Shown: positions 41,027-52,155, counted from the first letter of the stretch. The stretch is DNA of 64,000 nucleotides from Burkholderiales bacterium (GCA_037441125.1 JBBIST010000006.1:692-64691); one strand, 5' to 3'. The notes: generated by a model from the letters alone, not told the origin. Program-made: numbers and translations.

Positions 41027-41665
41027 ATGCTCGGCTCCGAAACCATCGTCGTCACGCCGTTCCAGCAGAACTGCTCGCTCGTCTGGTGCGAGCGCACGCG
41101 CGAGGCGGCGGTAATCGATCCGGGCGGTGAGGTCGAGCGCATCGTCGCCGCGGCGCGCCGGCGCGGCGTGCGCATCACGCAGATCCTGCTCACGCACGCG
41201 CACATCGACCACGCCGGCGGCGCCGGCACGCTGGCGCGGCTGCTCGCCGTGCCGATCGTCGGCCCGCATCCGGGCGACGGCTACTGGATCGACGGCCTGG
41301 CGCAGCAGGCGCGGATGTTCGGCTTCGCCGCGGCCGAGCCCTTCGCGCCTTCGCGCTGGCTCGCCGACGGCGACTCGGTGCAGGTGGGCGCGACGACGCT
41401 GGCGGTGCGCCACACGCCCGGGCACACGCCGGGGCACGTCGTCTTCCACGACGCCGAAGGCGCTCGCGCCTACGTCGGCGACGTGCTCTTTGCCGGCAGC
41501 ATCGGCCGCACCGACTTTCCCGGCGGCGACTACGACACCCTGATCGCCAGCATCACCGAGCGGCTGTGGCCGATGGGCGACGAGACGGTGTTCGTTCCCG
41601 GTCACGGCCCGGAGAGCACCTTCGGGCGCGAGCGGCGCGACAACCCGTTCGTGCGCGGCACCTGA
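41027..41665 (+). CDS. MBL-fold metallo-hydrolase (glyoxalase II/YcbL-like)
   Basis: LLTHAHIDHAGG (HxHxDH), TPGHTPGH, and GDVLFAGSIGRTDFPGGD. Confidence 0.85.
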   Translation: MLGSETIVVTPFQQNCSLVWCERTREAAVIDPGGEVERIVAAARRRGVRITQILLTHAHIDHAGGAGTLARLLAVPIVGPHPGDGYWIDGLAQQARMFGFAAAEPFAPSRWLADGDSVQVGATTLAVRHTPGHTPGHVVFHDAEGARAYVGDVLFAGSIGRTDFPGGDYDTLIASITERLWPMGDETVFVPGHGPESTFGRERRDNPFVRGT

Positions 41666-41760
41666 GCGGCAGGCGACGCCGTCCGGGCCGACGGCGCACA
41701 GGTCACGGCCATCGCGCCGGCGCTGTGCGCTGACCGAGCGGCGCGATCGCCGCCTGCGCG

Positions 41761-43143
41761 TTATGGCAGCGGCCAGAGCTCGGCCATCGCCGCCTCGAAG
41801 CGGCGCGCGATCGGCTCGGCGCCGGCGTGCACGCCGCCGCGCCGCAGCCAGCGGCCGGCGACCATCACTTCCGCCCACGGTGCTGCCGGCGACGAGAACA
41901 CGAGCGCATCGAGCCAGTGCTCGGGCGGCACGCCGAGCATGGCGTCGGCGCGCGGCGCGGCCACGAGCGCATCGGCGCGCGCACCGGGCGCTAGCCCCCA
42001 GAGCGGCTCGCCGCAGGCGCGCGCGCCTGCGGCGACGACGCCCGCGACCAGCCGCTGCGCGGTCGACGCCTGCCCCGACTGCGGATCGGCGGCGACGTTG
42101 CGCCGGCGCAGCGCCAGCCGCTGGCCGTAGTCGAGCCAGCGCAGCTCCTCGCGCCAGTCGCGCGTGACCTGGCTGTCGGAGCCGATCGCGAGCGCCACGC
42201 CGGCGTCGAGCCAGCCCGGCAGGTCCGCAAGGCCGTCGCCGAGGTTGGCCTCGGTGCTCGGGCACAGGACGACGCCGGCGCCGCTCGCCGCCACGGCGCC
42301 GATCTCCGCGCGCGTGGCGTGTGTGGCGTGCACGAGCTGCCAGCGCGCATCGAGCAGGCGCTCGCGCGCCAGCCATTCGATCGGCCGCGTGCCGGTGGCG
42401 GCCGCGCAGTCGTCGACCTCGGCGGTCTGCTCGGCGACGTGGATGTGGATCGGGCCGTCAAAGTCGGCTGCGAGCGCGCGCAGCGCGTGCAGCGACGCCG
42501 GCGCTGCCGCGCGCAGCGAGTGGATCGCCAGGCCGGCACGCAGCAGCGGCCGGCCGCTCGCGGCGATGCGGCTGTGCGCCTGCCACACCTGCGGCGCCGT
42601 CAGGCGGAAGCGGCGCTGGTCGTGGCGCAGCTCGGGCTGCGCGAAGCCGGCGCGCTCGTACAGCACCGGCAGCAGCGTCAGGCCGATGCCGGCTTCGGCC
42701 GCCGCCTCGGCGAGCGCCCACGACAGCGCCAGCGGGTCGGCGTAGGCGCGGCCGTCGCGGTCGTGCTGCAGGTAGTGGAACTCGCACACCTGCGTGTAGC
42801 CGCCGGCGAGCAGTTCGACGTAGAGCTGGGCGGCGATCGCGCGCAGTTGCTCGGGCGTGATGCGCAGCGCCACCTGGTACATGCGGTCGCGCCACGACCA
42901 GAAGTCGTCGGCCGCGGCCTCTCGCCGCTCGGCCAGCCCGGCAAACGCGCGCTGGAAAGCGTGGCTGTGCGCGCTCACGACCGCGGGCAAAAGCGGCCCG
43001 GCGACGACCGTCGCGCCGGCCGGCGCCGGCCGCACGCCGGGTGCCACCGTGCGCCAGCGGCCGCCTTGCGCCTCCAGCAGCACGTCGGTCTGCCAGCCTG
43101 CGGGCAGGAAGGCGCGCTCGGCCCACAGGCGAACGTCCGTCAT
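41761..43143 (-). CDS. hutF: Formimidoylglutamate deiminase
   Basis: Amidohydrolase fold with SAHSHAFQRAFAG near the N-terminus. It is the last gene of the hutC-I-G-F string. ATG 43143 overlaps the hutG stop (ATGA). Confidence 0.8.
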   Translation of the reverse strand: MTDVRLWAERAFLPAGWQTDVLLEAQGGRWRTVAPGVRPAPAGATVVAGPLLPAVVSAHSHAFQRAFAGLAERREAAADDFWSWRDRMYQVALRITPEQLRAIAAQLYVELLAGGYTQVCEFHYLQHDRDGRAYADPLALSWALAEAAAEAGIGLTLLPVLYERAGFAQPELRHDQRRFRLTAPQVWQAHSRIAASGRPLLRAGLAIHSLRAAAPASLHALRALAADFDGPIHIHVAEQTAEVDDCAAATGTRPIEWLARERLLDARWQLVHATHATRAEIGAVAASGAGVVLCPSTEANLGDGLADLPGWLDAGVALAIGSDSQVTRDWREELRWLDYGQRLALRRRNVAADPQSGQASTAQRLVAGVVAAGARACGEPLWGLAPGARADALVAAPRADAMLGVPPEHWLDALVFSSPAAPWAEVMVAGRWLRRGGVHAGAEPIARRFEAAMAELWPLP

Positions 43144-43940
43144 TCGGGCCTCCAGTCGAGTGCCGCCTGCAGCAGCGCGCGCAGCAGCGGCTGCAGGCGC
43201 GCCGCGCGCGTGGGGTCGAGTTCGAACGGCAGCGCCTCGCTGCGTAGATAGCAGGCCCACGACAGTTCGAGCTGGACTGCGTGCACCTGCTCGTGCGGCC
43301 GGCCGTAGTGGCGCGTGATGTAGCCACCCTTGAAGCGGCCGTCGGTCACGTGCGTGTAGCGCGACTGGCTGTCGAGCACCCGCTGCAGCGCCGCGCGCAG
43401 CGACGGCGCGCAGCTTGCGCCATCGGCGGTGCCGAGGTTCAGATCCGGCAGCCGGCCGGCGAACAGCCACGGCAGCTCGGACTTGATGCTGTGGCCCTCC
43501 CACAGCAGCGCGTGACCGTGGCGCGCCTTCAGGCGCGCGAGTTCGGCCGCAAGCGCGTCGTGGTACGGCTGCCAGAACCTGGCGCGGCGGCGCGCGACTT
43601 CAGCGGCGTCGGGTTCCTGGCCGTCGCGGTACAGCGGCTCGCCGGTGAACGCGCGCGTTGGGCACAGTCCGGTGCTGTTGCCGCTCGCGTACAGCGGCGT
43701 GTCCTGCGGCGGCCGGTTCAGGTCGATCAGGTAGCGCGAGTGCCTCGCGACGATCAGGCTGGCGCCAAGCTCGCGCGCGAACGCGTACAGCGCGTCGACG
43801 TGCCAGTCGGTGTCCTCGAGCGCGAGTGCGCGCGCGGTGAAGCGCGGCTTCAGTTCGTCCGGAATTGCCGTGCCGGCGTGCGGCACGCTGACCAGCAGCG
43901 GCGCCGTTCCCCGGTGCAGCGTGAGGTCGTGCGCGCTCAC
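43140..43940 (-). CDS. hutG: N-formylglutamate amidohydrolase (deformylase)
   Basis: [16 protein letters not shown]..., DWHVDALY, and RYLIDLNRP are FGase-family motifs. GTG 43940 overlaps the hutI stop (GTGA). The remainder of the 704-aa track ORF is shadow. Confidence 0.85.
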   Translation of the reverse strand: MSAHDLTLHRGTAPLLVSVPHAGTAIPDELKPRFTARALALEDTDWHVDALYAFARELGASLIVARHSRYLIDLNRPPQDTPLYASGNSTGLCPTRAFTGEPLYRDGQEPDAAEVARRRARFWQPYHDALAAELARLKARHGHALLWEGHSIKSELPWLFAGRLPDLNLGTADGASCAPSLRAALQRVLDSQSRYTHVTDGRFKGGYITRHYGRPHEQVHAVQLELSWACYLRSEALPFELDPTRAARLQPLLRALLQAALDWRPE

Positions 43941-45199
43941 GTCCCGTGCTCTTGCCCGCCGGCGATCACGCGTACGCCGGGGCGCTGGCCGAATGGATAG
44001 ACGAGTTCGCGCGGATGCTCGAGCTCCCAAACGGCGAAGTCGGCGCGCCGGCCGGCGGCGAGCGTGCCGCGGTCGGCGAGGCCGAGCGCACGCGCGCCGT
44101 GGACGGTGATGCCGCGCAGCGCCTCCTCGGGCGTCAGGCGGAACAGCGTGCAGGCCATGTTCAGCATCAGCAGCGGCGACAGCGTCGGCGACGAGCCGGG
44201 ATTGTGGTCGGTCGCAAGCGCGATCGGCACGCCGGCGGCGCGCAGTCTTTGCACCGGCGGAAGCTTCGTCTCGCGCAGGAAGTAAAACGCGCCCGGCAGC
44301 AGCACCGCGACCGTGCCGGCGCGCGCCATCGCCTGCACGCCGGCCTCGCTCAAGTGCTCGAGGTGGTCGCACGACAGCGCGCCGAACTCGGCCGCGAGCT
44401 CGGCGCCGCCCTGGTCGCTGAACTGCTCGGCGTGCAGCTTGACCGGCAGGCCGAGCGCGCGTGCGGCTGCGAACACGCGCCGCGTCTGCGCCGGCGTAAA
44501 GCCGATGCGGTCGCAGAAGGCATCGACCGCATCGACCAGCCCTTCGGCGTGCAGCGCCGGCATCCAGGCGCAGACGGCGTCGATGTAGTCGTCGGCGCGG
44601 CGGTCGAACTCGGGCGGCAGCGCGTGCGCGGCCAGGCAGGTCGTTCGCACCGCCAGCGGCAACTCGCGACCGAGGCGCCGCGCCACGCGCAGGCAGCGCG
44701 CCTCGTGCTCGGCCGCGAGGCCGTAGCCGGACTTGATCTCGACCGTGGTCACGCCTTCGGCCCGCAGCGCCAGCGCGCGCGCGCGAGCGGCGGCGTAGAG
44801 CGCCTCGTCGCCGGCGGCGCGCGTGGCGGCCACGGTCGCGCGGATGCCGCCGCCGGCGCGCGCGATCTCCTCGTAACTGGCACCCTGCGCACGCAGCTCG
44901 AACTCGCGCGCGCGATCGCCGCCGTAGACGAGGTGCGTGTGGCAGTCGACCAGGCTGGGCGTGACCAGACGGCCGCCGAGATCGTGCTCGGCGGCGAACG
45001 CAAGCGACGGAATCTGCCGCTCTTCGCCGGCCCAGCGCAGCGTCTCGCCCTCGACCACCAGCGCGCCGCGGTCGATCCAGCCCCAGGGCGCAGCGCCGGC
45101 CAGCGTTGCGAGCTGCGCGTTGCGCCACAGCGAGAGGCCCGCGCGCGCGCCGCCGCCGGCAGGCGCGCCGCCTGGATCCGCAGCGCCCGGCGGGCTCAT
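43937..45199 (-). CDS. hutI: Imidazolonepropionase
   Basis: [23 protein letters not shown], a Zn/Fe amidohydrolase, plus its hut context. Confidence 0.9.
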   Translation of the reverse strand: MSPPGAADPGGAPAGGGARAGLSLWRNAQLATLAGAAPWGWIDRGALVVEGETLRWAGEERQIPSLAFAAEHDLGGRLVTPSLVDCHTHLVYGGDRAREFELRAQGASYEEIARAGGGIRATVAATRAAGDEALYAAARARALALRAEGVTTVEIKSGYGLAAEHEARCLRVARRLGRELPLAVRTTCLAAHALPPEFDRRADDYIDAVCAWMPALHAEGLVDAVDAFCDRIGFTPAQTRRVFAAARALGLPVKLHAEQFSDQGGAELAAEFGALSCDHLEHLSEAGVQAMARAGTVAVLLPGAFYFLRETKLPPVQRLRAAGVPIALATDHNPGSSPTLSPLLMLNMACTLFRLTPEEALRGITVHGARALGLADRGTLAAGRRADFAVWELEHPRELVYPFGQRPGVRVIAGGQEHGT

Positions 45200-45936
45200 G
45201 GACTGAACCGCCCTGCGAGCTGGTAACGCGAGCCGGGGTGCACGAGACGCGCAATCGTGATCGGCAGACCGCGGCTTGCGCTGCGGCGGACGATCACCAG
45301 GCAGGGCTCGCCGCGCGCGATGGCGAGCAGCTTCGCGTCCTGTTCGGTCGGTGCGGCGGCTTCGAGCGTGTACTGCGCCTCCCAGTCGGGGATTCGCTCC
45401 AGGAGGTAGCGGGTCGGCGTCGTGCGCGCGAAGTCGACCTGCAGGAACCCGGGTGCTGCGGCCGGGTTGACGTAGCGGTCCTCCAGTTGCAGCGGCACGC
45501 CGTCCTCGTGGTGGACGATCAGCGTGTGAAACACCGGCGCCCCCGGCGCCAGGCCGAGCTGCCGCGCCAGCGCCGCGGGCGCCTTCTCCCGGCGCTTGAC
45601 GTGCACGATCGCATGGTGGCGGTGACCGCGCGCTTCGATCTCCTCCTGCAAATCGCGGATGGTCAGCGTCGACAGCACTCTTTGCACGCGCGCGGCGAAG
45701 GTGCCCACGCCCTGCACGCGTTCGACCAGCCCTTCTGATTGCAGCTCGCGCAGCGCCCGGTTGACGGTCATGCGGCTGAGGCCGAACTGGCCGACCAGCT
45801 CGGCCTCCGACGGCATCAGCGCGCCCGGCGGCCAGCGGCCGCGCAGCAGCCCCGAGCGGATGAACTGCTTGACGCGGGCGTAGGGCGAGGCCGCAGCGCG
45901 CCGCGCGGCGGCAGTCGGAAGCGGCGCGGCAGGCAT
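45196..45936 (-). CDS. hutC: Histidine utilisation repressor, GntR/HutC family
   Basis: N-terminal wHTH ([40 protein letters not shown]) plus a UTRA effector domain. Its stop overlaps the hutI start (ATGA). Confidence 0.9.
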   Translation of the reverse strand: MPAAPLPTAAARRAAASPYARVKQFIRSGLLRGRWPPGALMPSEAELVGQFGLSRMTVNRALRELQSEGLVERVQGVGTFAARVQRVLSTLTIRDLQEEIEARGHRHHAIVHVKRREKAPAALARQLGLAPGAPVFHTLIVHHEDGVPLQLEDRYVNPAAAPGFLQVDFARTTPTRYLLERIPDWEAQYTLEAAAPTEQDAKLLAIARGEPCLVIVRRSASRGLPITIARLVHPGSRYQLAGRFSP

Positions 45937-45960
45937 GCGAGGATCGTACTTGCGGCCCCC

Positions 45961-45970
45961 TGTCTAGACA
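45961..45970. promoter_or_regulatory. Putative HutC operator 1
   Basis: Palindrome TGTCTAGACA 25 nt upstream of the hutC ATG, in the divergent hutC/tautomerase spacer. Confidence 0.55.
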
Positions 45971-46078
45971 AGCGACCGCGGTGCGGCGAGCGAGCCGATG
46001 CCGCCTGAGGTCGTGTCGATCCTGGCCACACCTTCAAGCGCTACAGTGCGGCTGTGACTCAGCAGGCTCGGAGACTCC

Positions 46079-46474
46079 ATGCCGCTTACCAAGGTCTATG
46101 CGCCCAAGCACCTCGACGCGAGCAGAGTCAGGGCACTGGCAGACGCGGCTCAGGACGGGTTGGTCCAGACCTGCAACGTGCCGCCGAAGGATCTGTTTCA
46201 GCTCATCTCGCGCATGGATAGCGAGGAGATGATTCTGGACCCCGAGTTTGGCGGCGTGAACCGTACTCGCGACGCCTGCATCGTCGAGATCACGTTCCTG
46301 CAAGGTCGAACGGACGATCAAAAGCGCAGCCTGTACCGGCACATCGCAGCGCGCGCCATGACCGCCGGCTTTAGGGCCGATGACGTAATGGTCGCGCTGA
46401 CCGAGAACTCGCACATGGATTGGTCGCTCGGCCGGGGGATCGCGTATGCCGACCATGTGCATGCGACAGCCTGA
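46079..46474 (+). CDS. Tautomerase-superfamily protein (4-OT/PptA-like)
   Basis: Begins MP (Pro1 after Met removal), 131 aa, with beta-alpha-beta repeat-like composition (MPLTKVYAP...CIVEITFLQGRTDDQK). Confidence 0.7.
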   Translation: MPLTKVYAPKHLDASRVRALADAAQDGLVQTCNVPPKDLFQLISRMDSEEMILDPEFGGVNRTRDACIVEITFLQGRTDDQKRSLYRHIAARAMTAGFRADDVMVALTENSHMDWSLGRGIAYADHVHATA

Positions 46475-46534
46475 AGCCGGTGCCGGGGCGCCAGCCCGGA
46501 CGCGACGGCACGGCACGAGGAGACTTCGACCAAC

Positions 46535-47527
46535 ATGCAACTGAACACCAGACTCACGGAGAAGCTGCGGATCCGGCATCCAGTCCTCCTGGCACCCATG
46601 GGCATCATGGCTGGCGGAAGGCTGGCGGCAGCGGTATCGAACGCGGGCGGACTGGGCATCATCGGCGGCGGCTACGGAGACGCTGAGTGGCTGGAGCGGC
46701 AGTTCGCGGCGGCTGGGGCTGCCCGGGTCGGCTGCGGGTTCATCACCTGGTCGATGGCGAAAGATCCGAGCCTTCTCGACCGGGTCTTGGCCAAGCGACC
46801 GGCGGCGCTGATGTTGTCGTTTGGCGAAGTCGAGCCGCACGCGCCGCGCATCAAGGCACAGGGCGTGCCGGTGATCTGTCAGGTGCAGGGCATGAAGTAC
46901 CTGCGCGAGGCCGTCGCGGCGGGCGCCGACATCGTCGTCGCCGAAGGTTGCGAGGCCGGCGGGCACAGCGGCCAGCGAGGACTGTTCACGCTCTTGCCCG
47001 AGGCCGCCGACTACCTCGCAACGCATTCACCCGACACCGTTCTGGTCGCGGCCGGAGGCGTGGGCGACGGTCGCGGACTCGCTGCGGCGCTCATGCTCGG
47101 CGCGGACGGCGTTCTGGTCGGAACGCGGTTCATCGCCAGCGAGGAGTCGGAGGCGCCGGAGGGCTTTCGCCGTGCCATCGTCCGTGCCGACGGCGACTGC
47201 ACGATGAAGTCGAACTCGGTCGATGTGGTCCGGAAGCGGTACTGGCCCAACCCGGAGTTCGTCGTTCGCGTCCTGAAGAACGGCTTCGTCGCCAGGTGGC
47301 ATGGACGCGAGCGCGAGATGGAGCAGGCCATCGACGTCGAGTACGAGCGCTTCCGCTGCGCTTTCGAGGCGGGGGACGCCGACAACTCCGGCGTCCTCAT
47401 GGGAGAAGTCTGCGGAATCATTCACGACTCGCCGCCGGCGGCGCAGATCGTCGAGAGCATGGTCGCGCAGGCCTGCCTGCTCCTGGGACCGCACTCGCGT
47501 CACGTGGTCGATCCGAAGGCCGCTTGA
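46535..47527 (+). CDS. Nitronate monooxygenase / NAD(P)H-dependent flavin oxidoreductase (NMO family)
   Basis: IRHPVLLAPMGIMAGGRLAAAVSNAGGLGIIGGG, VVAEGCEAGGH, and AAGGVGDGRGLAAALMLGADGVLVGTRF. Confidence 0.85.
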   Translation: MQLNTRLTEKLRIRHPVLLAPMGIMAGGRLAAAVSNAGGLGIIGGGYGDAEWLERQFAAAGAARVGCGFITWSMAKDPSLLDRVLAKRPAALMLSFGEVEPHAPRIKAQGVPVICQVQGMKYLREAVAAGADIVVAEGCEAGGHSGQRGLFTLLPEAADYLATHSPDTVLVAAGGVGDGRGLAAALMLGADGVLVGTRFIASEESEAPEGFRRAIVRADGDCTMKSNSVDVVRKRYWPNPEFVVRVLKNGFVARWHGREREMEQAIDVEYERFRCAFEAGDADNSGVLMGEVCGIIHDSPPAAQIVESMVAQACLLLGPHSRHVVDPKAA

Positions 47528-47532
47528 CCCTT

Positions 47533-47546
47533 GTTGTCTAGACAAC
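47533..47546. promoter_or_regulatory. Putative HutC operator 2
   Basis: Perfect 14-bp palindrome GTTGTCTAGACAAC immediately upstream of hutU. It has the same TGTCTAGACA core as operator 1. Confidence 0.6.
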
Positions 47547-47607
47547 TAGAGTGACGGCGCCCTCCCGCGTCGGAGCAACCGACTCGAACGTTCGCCGCGA
47601 GGACCCG

Positions 47608-49320
47608 ATGCACGATCCGTCGCCACCGCAGCGCGCCGGCAGCGGCCTTGCTCCGCATCCGGTGCGCGCGCCGCGCGGCAGCCAGCTCGCCTGCAAGAAC
47701 TGGCTGATCGAGGCCGCCTACCGGATGATCCAGAACAACCTCGATCCTGAGGTGGCCGAGAACCCCGAGGCGCTGGTGGTCTACGGCGGCATCGGCAAGG
47801 CGGCGCGCAACTGGGACTGCTACGAGGCGATCCTGCGCGCGCTGCGCGAACTGAACGAAGACGAGTCGCTGCTCATTCAATCCGGCAAGCCGGTCGGTGT
47901 GCTGCGCACGCACGTGGACGCGCCGCGGGTGCTGATCGCCAACTCGAACCTCGTGCCCAAGTGGGCGACCTGGGAGCACTTCCACGAGCTCGACCGCAAG
48001 GGCCTGATGATGTTCGGCCAGATGACCGCGGGCAGTTGGATCTACATCGGCAGCCAGGGCATCGTTCAGGGCACCTACGAGACCTTCGCCGAGGCCGGCC
48101 GCCAGCACTACGCGGGCAGCCTCGGCGGCCGCTGGATCCTGACCGCGGGGCTGGGCGGCATGGGCGGCGCGCAGCCGCTGGCGGCGAGCTTCGCCGGCGC
48201 CTGTTCGCTCACCATCGAATGCCAGCAAAGCCGCATCGACTTTCGCCTGCGCAGCCGTTACCTCGATGAGCAGGCGGGCAGCCTGGACGACGCGCTGGCG
48301 CGCATCCGCCGCTACACGGGCGAAGGCAAGGCGGTGTCGATCGGCCTGCTCGGCAACGCGGCCGAAGTCCTGCCCGAGCTGGTGCGGCGCGCGCGCGCCG
48401 GCGGCGTGAGGCCCGACCTCGTGACCGACCAGACCTCGGCGCACGACCTTATCAACGGCTACCTGCCGGCCGGCTGGACCGTCGACGAGTGGCGCGCGGC
48501 GCAGGCCGACGACAGCCGGCACGCGCGACTGGGCGATGCCGCCGCGGCGAGCTGCGCCGTGCACGTGCAGGCGATGCTGGAGTTCCACGCGATGGGCGTG
48601 CCCACCGTCGACTACGGCAACAACATCCGCCAGGTGGCCTTCGACCGCGGCGTTCGCAACGCCTTCGACTTCCCCGGCTTCGTGCCGGCGTACCTCCGGC
48701 CGCTGTTCTGCCGCGGCAAGGGGCCGTTCCGCTGGGTGGCGCTGTCGGGCGATCCGCAAGACATCCGCAGGACCGACGCGCGGATCAAGGCGCTCTTCCC
48801 CGAGGATGCGCACCTGCACCATTGGCTCGACATGGCGCAGTCGAGGATCGCCTTCCAGGGCCTGCCGGCGCGCATCTGCTGGATCGGCCTGGGCGAGCGC
48901 CAGCGCGCCGGGCTCGCCTTCAACGAGATGGTGAGGAGCGGCGAACTGAAGGCGCCGATCGTGATCGGCCGCGACCATCTGGATTCGGGCTCGGTGGCGA
49001 GCCCCAACCGCGAGACCGAGGCGATGCGCGACGGCTCGGACGCGGTGTCCGACTGGCCGCTGCTCAACGCGCTGCTCAACACCGCCAGCGGCGCCACCTG
49101 GGTCAGCCTGCACCACGGCGGCGGCGTCGGCATGGGCTACTCGCAGCACGCCGGCGTGGTGATCGTCTGCGACGGCACCGATGCCGCCGCCAAGCGCCTC
49201 GAGCGCGTGCTCTGGAACGATCCGGCCAGTGGCGTGATGCGCCATGCCGATGCCGGCTACGAGCTCGCCATCCAGTGCGCGCGCGAGCAGGGCCTGAAGC
49301 TGCCGATGATCGGCGCGTAA
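47608..49320 (+). CDS. hutU: Urocanate hydratase
   Basis: [51 protein letters not shown]... ATG 47608 chosen; the GTG at 47551 would overlap the operator. Confidence 0.95.
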   Translation: MHDPSPPQRAGSGLAPHPVRAPRGSQLACKNWLIEAAYRMIQNNLDPEVAENPEALVVYGGIGKAARNWDCYEAILRALRELNEDESLLIQSGKPVGVLRTHVDAPRVLIANSNLVPKWATWEHFHELDRKGLMMFGQMTAGSWIYIGSQGIVQGTYETFAEAGRQHYAGSLGGRWILTAGLGGMGGAQPLAASFAGACSLTIECQQSRIDFRLRSRYLDEQAGSLDDALARIRRYTGEGKAVSIGLLGNAAEVLPELVRRARAGGVRPDLVTDQTSAHDLINGYLPAGWTVDEWRAAQADDSRHARLGDAAAASCAVHVQAMLEFHAMGVPTVDYGNNIRQVAFDRGVRNAFDFPGFVPAYLRPLFCRGKGPFRWVALSGDPQDIRRTDARIKALFPEDAHLHHWLDMAQSRIAFQGLPARICWIGLGERQRAGLAFNEMVRSGELKAPIVIGRDHLDSGSVASPNRETEAMRDGSDAVSDWPLLNALLNTASGATWVSLHHGGGVGMGYSQHAGVVIVCDGTDAAAKRLERVLWNDPASGVMRHADAGYELAIQCAREQGLKLPMIGA

Positions 49321-49333
49321 CCGGCCTGCCGCG

Positions 49334-50908
49334 ATGGCTGCACTGACGCTCAGGCCGGGTGCGCTGACGCTCGACGAATTGCGCACGATCCACGCCGGCG
49401 GACTGGAGCTTGCGATCGACCCGGCGGCGCAGGCCGCGATCACCGCCAGTGCCGCCGTCGTGCGGCGCGCGGCCGCCGGCGCGGCCGCCGTCTACGGCGT
49501 CAACACCGGCTTCGGCAAGCTCGCCTCGACGCGCATCGGCGCCGCCGACCTGGACTCGCTCCAGCGCAACTTGATCCGCTCGCACAGCGCTGGCGTCGGC
49601 GCGCCGCTCGCGCCCGCGGTCGTGCGGCTGATGCTGGCGCTGAAGGCGGCGAGCCTGGCGCGCGGCCACTCGGGCGTGCGGCCGCTCGTGATCGAGCGAC
49701 TGCTCGCCGTGCACAACGCCGGGCTGGTGCCGTACGTGCCGGGCCAGGGCTCGGTCGGCGCCTCGGGCGACCTGGCGCCGCTGGCGCACATGACGCTGGC
49801 GCTGATGGGCGAGGGCGACTTCCTGGTCGAGGGCGGGCGCGCGCCGGCGGCGCCGCTGCTGCGCCAGGCCGGCATCGCGCCGCTGGTGCTCGAAGCGAAG
49901 GAAGGCCTGGCGCTGATCAACGGCACGCAGACCTCGACCGCGCTGGCGCTGCACGCGCTGCTCGCCTTCGAGCCGGTGCTCGAGGCGGCGCTGGTGGTCG
50001 GCGCGCTCTCAGTCGATGCCGCGCGCGGCAGCGACGGCCCCTTCGATCCGCGCATCCACGAACTGCGCGGCCAGCCCGGCCAGATCGACGTCGCGCGCTG
50101 TTACCGCACGCTGCTCGAGGGCTCGGCGATCCGCGCCTCGCACCGGGAAGGCGACGACCGCGTCCAGGACCCGTACAGCCTGCGCTGCCAGCCGCAGGTG
50201 GTCGGCGCCTGCCTCGACCAGTTGCGCCACGCGGCGCGGGTGCTGGTGCGCGAAGCCAACGCGGTCACCGACAACCCGCTGGTGTTCGCCGGCGCGCAGG
50301 CGAGCGAGGTCGCGGAGCCCGGCGGCACGATCCTCTCGGGCGGCAACTTCCACGCCGAGCCGGTGGCGCTCGCCTGCGATGCGACGGCGCTGGCGATCGC
50401 CGAAGTCGGCGCGATCGCCGAGCGGCGCGTCGCGATGCTGATCGACGCCGGTGTTTCGCGCCTGCCGCCGTTTCTCGCCGCCGATGCCGGACTGAACAGC
50501 GGCTTCATGATCGCGCACGTGACCGCGGCCGCGCTCGCGAGCGAGAACAAGTCGCTCGCGCATCCGGCCAGCGTCGACAGCCTGCCGACCAGCGCCAACC
50601 AGGAGGACCACGTCAGCATGGCCACCTTCGCCGCGCGCCGCCTGCAGCCGATGATCGCCAACAGCGCGCACATCGTCGCCATCGAGTGGCTGGCGGCGGC
50701 TCAGGGCATCGAGTTCCTGCGCCCGCTCGCCAGTTCGCCGCCGCTGGAGGCCGCGCACGCGCTGCTGCGCCGGCACTGCCCGTCGCTCGCTGCCGACCGC
50801 AGCCTCGCGGCCGACATCGAGCGCGCCGCCGCGCTCGTCAGCGACGGCTCAGTCGCGCGCATCCTGCGCGGCTCGCCCGGGCTGCCAGCGCTGTTGACGG
50901 CGGGCTGA
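49334..50908 (+). CDS. hutH: Histidine ammonia-lyase
   Basis: MIO-forming GSVGASGDLAPLAH, with full-length similarity to HAL/PAL family features. Confidence 0.95.
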   Translation: MAALTLRPGALTLDELRTIHAGGLELAIDPAAQAAITASAAVVRRAAAGAAAVYGVNTGFGKLASTRIGAADLDSLQRNLIRSHSAGVGAPLAPAVVRLMLALKAASLARGHSGVRPLVIERLLAVHNAGLVPYVPGQGSVGASGDLAPLAHMTLALMGEGDFLVEGGRAPAAPLLRQAGIAPLVLEAKEGLALINGTQTSTALALHALLAFEPVLEAALVVGALSVDAARGSDGPFDPRIHELRGQPGQIDVARCYRTLLEGSAIRASHREGDDRVQDPYSLRCQPQVVGACLDQLRHAARVLVREANAVTDNPLVFAGAQASEVAEPGGTILSGGNFHAEPVALACDATALAIAEVGAIAERRVAMLIDAGVSRLPPFLAADAGLNSGFMIAHVTAAALASENKSLAHPASVDSLPTSANQEDHVSMATFAARRLQPMIANSAHIVAIEWLAAAQGIEFLRPLASSPPLEAAHALLRRHCPSLAADRSLAADIERAAALVSDGSVARILRGSPGLPALLTAG

Positions 50909-51049
50909 GGGTCCGCGGCGCACCGGTCGTGATGCGCGCAAACCCCGACCCCGCCGCACGCACGGTCGACGGCGGCGCCTGCGTCTGCTTCGGCGATACT
51001 CGCGCCGGCCCGGGCGGCGGTCGCTCGGGCGTGACCGATCGGACCCACC

Positions 51050-51628
51050 ATGACCCTGCTCGTTCTCGGCCTCGTGCTCTTTCTCGGCGCCCACTCGCTG
51101 CGCATCGTCGCTGAGCCGTGGCGCGTGCAGCGCATCGCCGCCCTCGGGCCGAACGCCTGGAAGGCCGCGGTCGGTGCGGTGTCGGTGGCGGGCTTCGTGC
51201 TGATCGTCTACGGCTACGGTGCCGCGCGCCAGGAGCCGGTGTTCCTGTTCGCGCCGCCGGTGTGGACGCGCCATTTGGCCTCGCTGCTGACGATCCCGGC
51301 CTTCATCCTGCTTGCGGCCGCCTTCGTTCCCGGCACGCGCATCAAGCAGGCGGTCGGCCACCCGATGGTGCTCGGGGTCAAGTTCTGGGCGCTGTCGCAC
51401 CTGATCGCCAACGGCATGTTGGCCGATCTCGTGCTTTTCGGCGCCTTCCTCGTCTGGGCGGTGGTCGATTACACGGCCGCGCGCCGGCGCGACCGTGCTG
51501 CCGGCACCGTCTACCCGGCCGGACCGCTGACGCGCGACCTGCTCGCGGTCGGCGCCGGCCTGGTGGCGTGGGTGCTGTTCGCGTTCTGGCTGCACCGGGT
51601 GCTGATCGGCATGGCGCCGTTCGGCTGA
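51050..51628 (+). CDS. NnrU-family membrane protein
   Basis: MTLLVLGLVLFLGAHSLRIV..., five to six TMs, about 190 aa. Family call is from memory of the N-terminal pattern. Confidence 0.7.
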   Translation: MTLLVLGLVLFLGAHSLRIVAEPWRVQRIAALGPNAWKAAVGAVSVAGFVLIVYGYGAARQEPVFLFAPPVWTRHLASLLTIPAFILLAAAFVPGTRIKQAVGHPMVLGVKFWALSHLIANGMLADLVLFGAFLVWAVVDYTAARRRDRAAGTVYPAGPLTRDLLAVGAGLVAWVLFAFWLHRVLIGMAPFG

Positions 51629-51797
51629 GCGGCGCGCGGCGCGAGGCTCGGCACCCCGAGAGTCGCGCCAGCCGCGGGCCTTGCCGGCGGTCAAGCCCGT
51701 CGCGCGAGGTGCCGGCGTATCCTGCGCTGCAGGCGCCCGCGAGCGGGCGCAGCTCGAGCGCGCCGCCGCGCCCGAGCCGCACAGCGGAGGTCGACCC

Positions 51798-52085
51798 GTG
51801 AGCCACAAGCACGCACACTTGCTGCGCACACTGTTCAAGGACCCGGTCAGCGGCAACATTCACTGGCGCGAAGTCGAGTCGCTGCTCAATCACGTCGGCG
51901 CCGAGATCGAGTCGCTGTCGGGCGCACGCCTGCGCGTGAAGCTCAACCGCATGGAAGGCGTGCTGCACCGGCCGCACCACGGCAGCACGCTCGACCGCAG
52001 CTCGGTCATGCACCTGCGCGAATTCCTCGGTCGCGCCGGCGTCACGCCCTCGGCCTACGAGGCACGCAAGAACGCCTCGGCCTGA
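51798..52085 (+). CDS. Hypothetical small protein (95 aa) upstream of earP
   Basis: GTG 51798, 7 nt after GCGGAGG. VSHKHAHLLRTLFKDPVSGNIHWREVESLLNHVGA...HRPHHGSTL...LREFLGRAGV. The longer track ORF (51681) has an unlikely N-terminus. Confidence 0.5.
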   Translation: MSHKHAHLLRTLFKDPVSGNIHWREVESLLNHVGAEIESLSGARLRVKLNRMEGVLHRPHHGSTLDRSSVMHLREFLGRAGVTPSAYEARKNASA

Positions 52086-52155
52086 GACGCCGGCGGCGGC
52101 GCGCGCCACGCGCGGCCGCTCGCTCGCCGGTGCGCTTCGCTCGCCGCGAGCGCCA

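Noticed and set aside
43140-45254. 704-aa ORF spanning hutG and hutI as a possible fusion protein.
   Set aside because: Only the C-terminal 266 aa (from GTG 43940) look like FGase. The upstream part is the wrong frame of hutI, which has its own clean 420-aa ORF.
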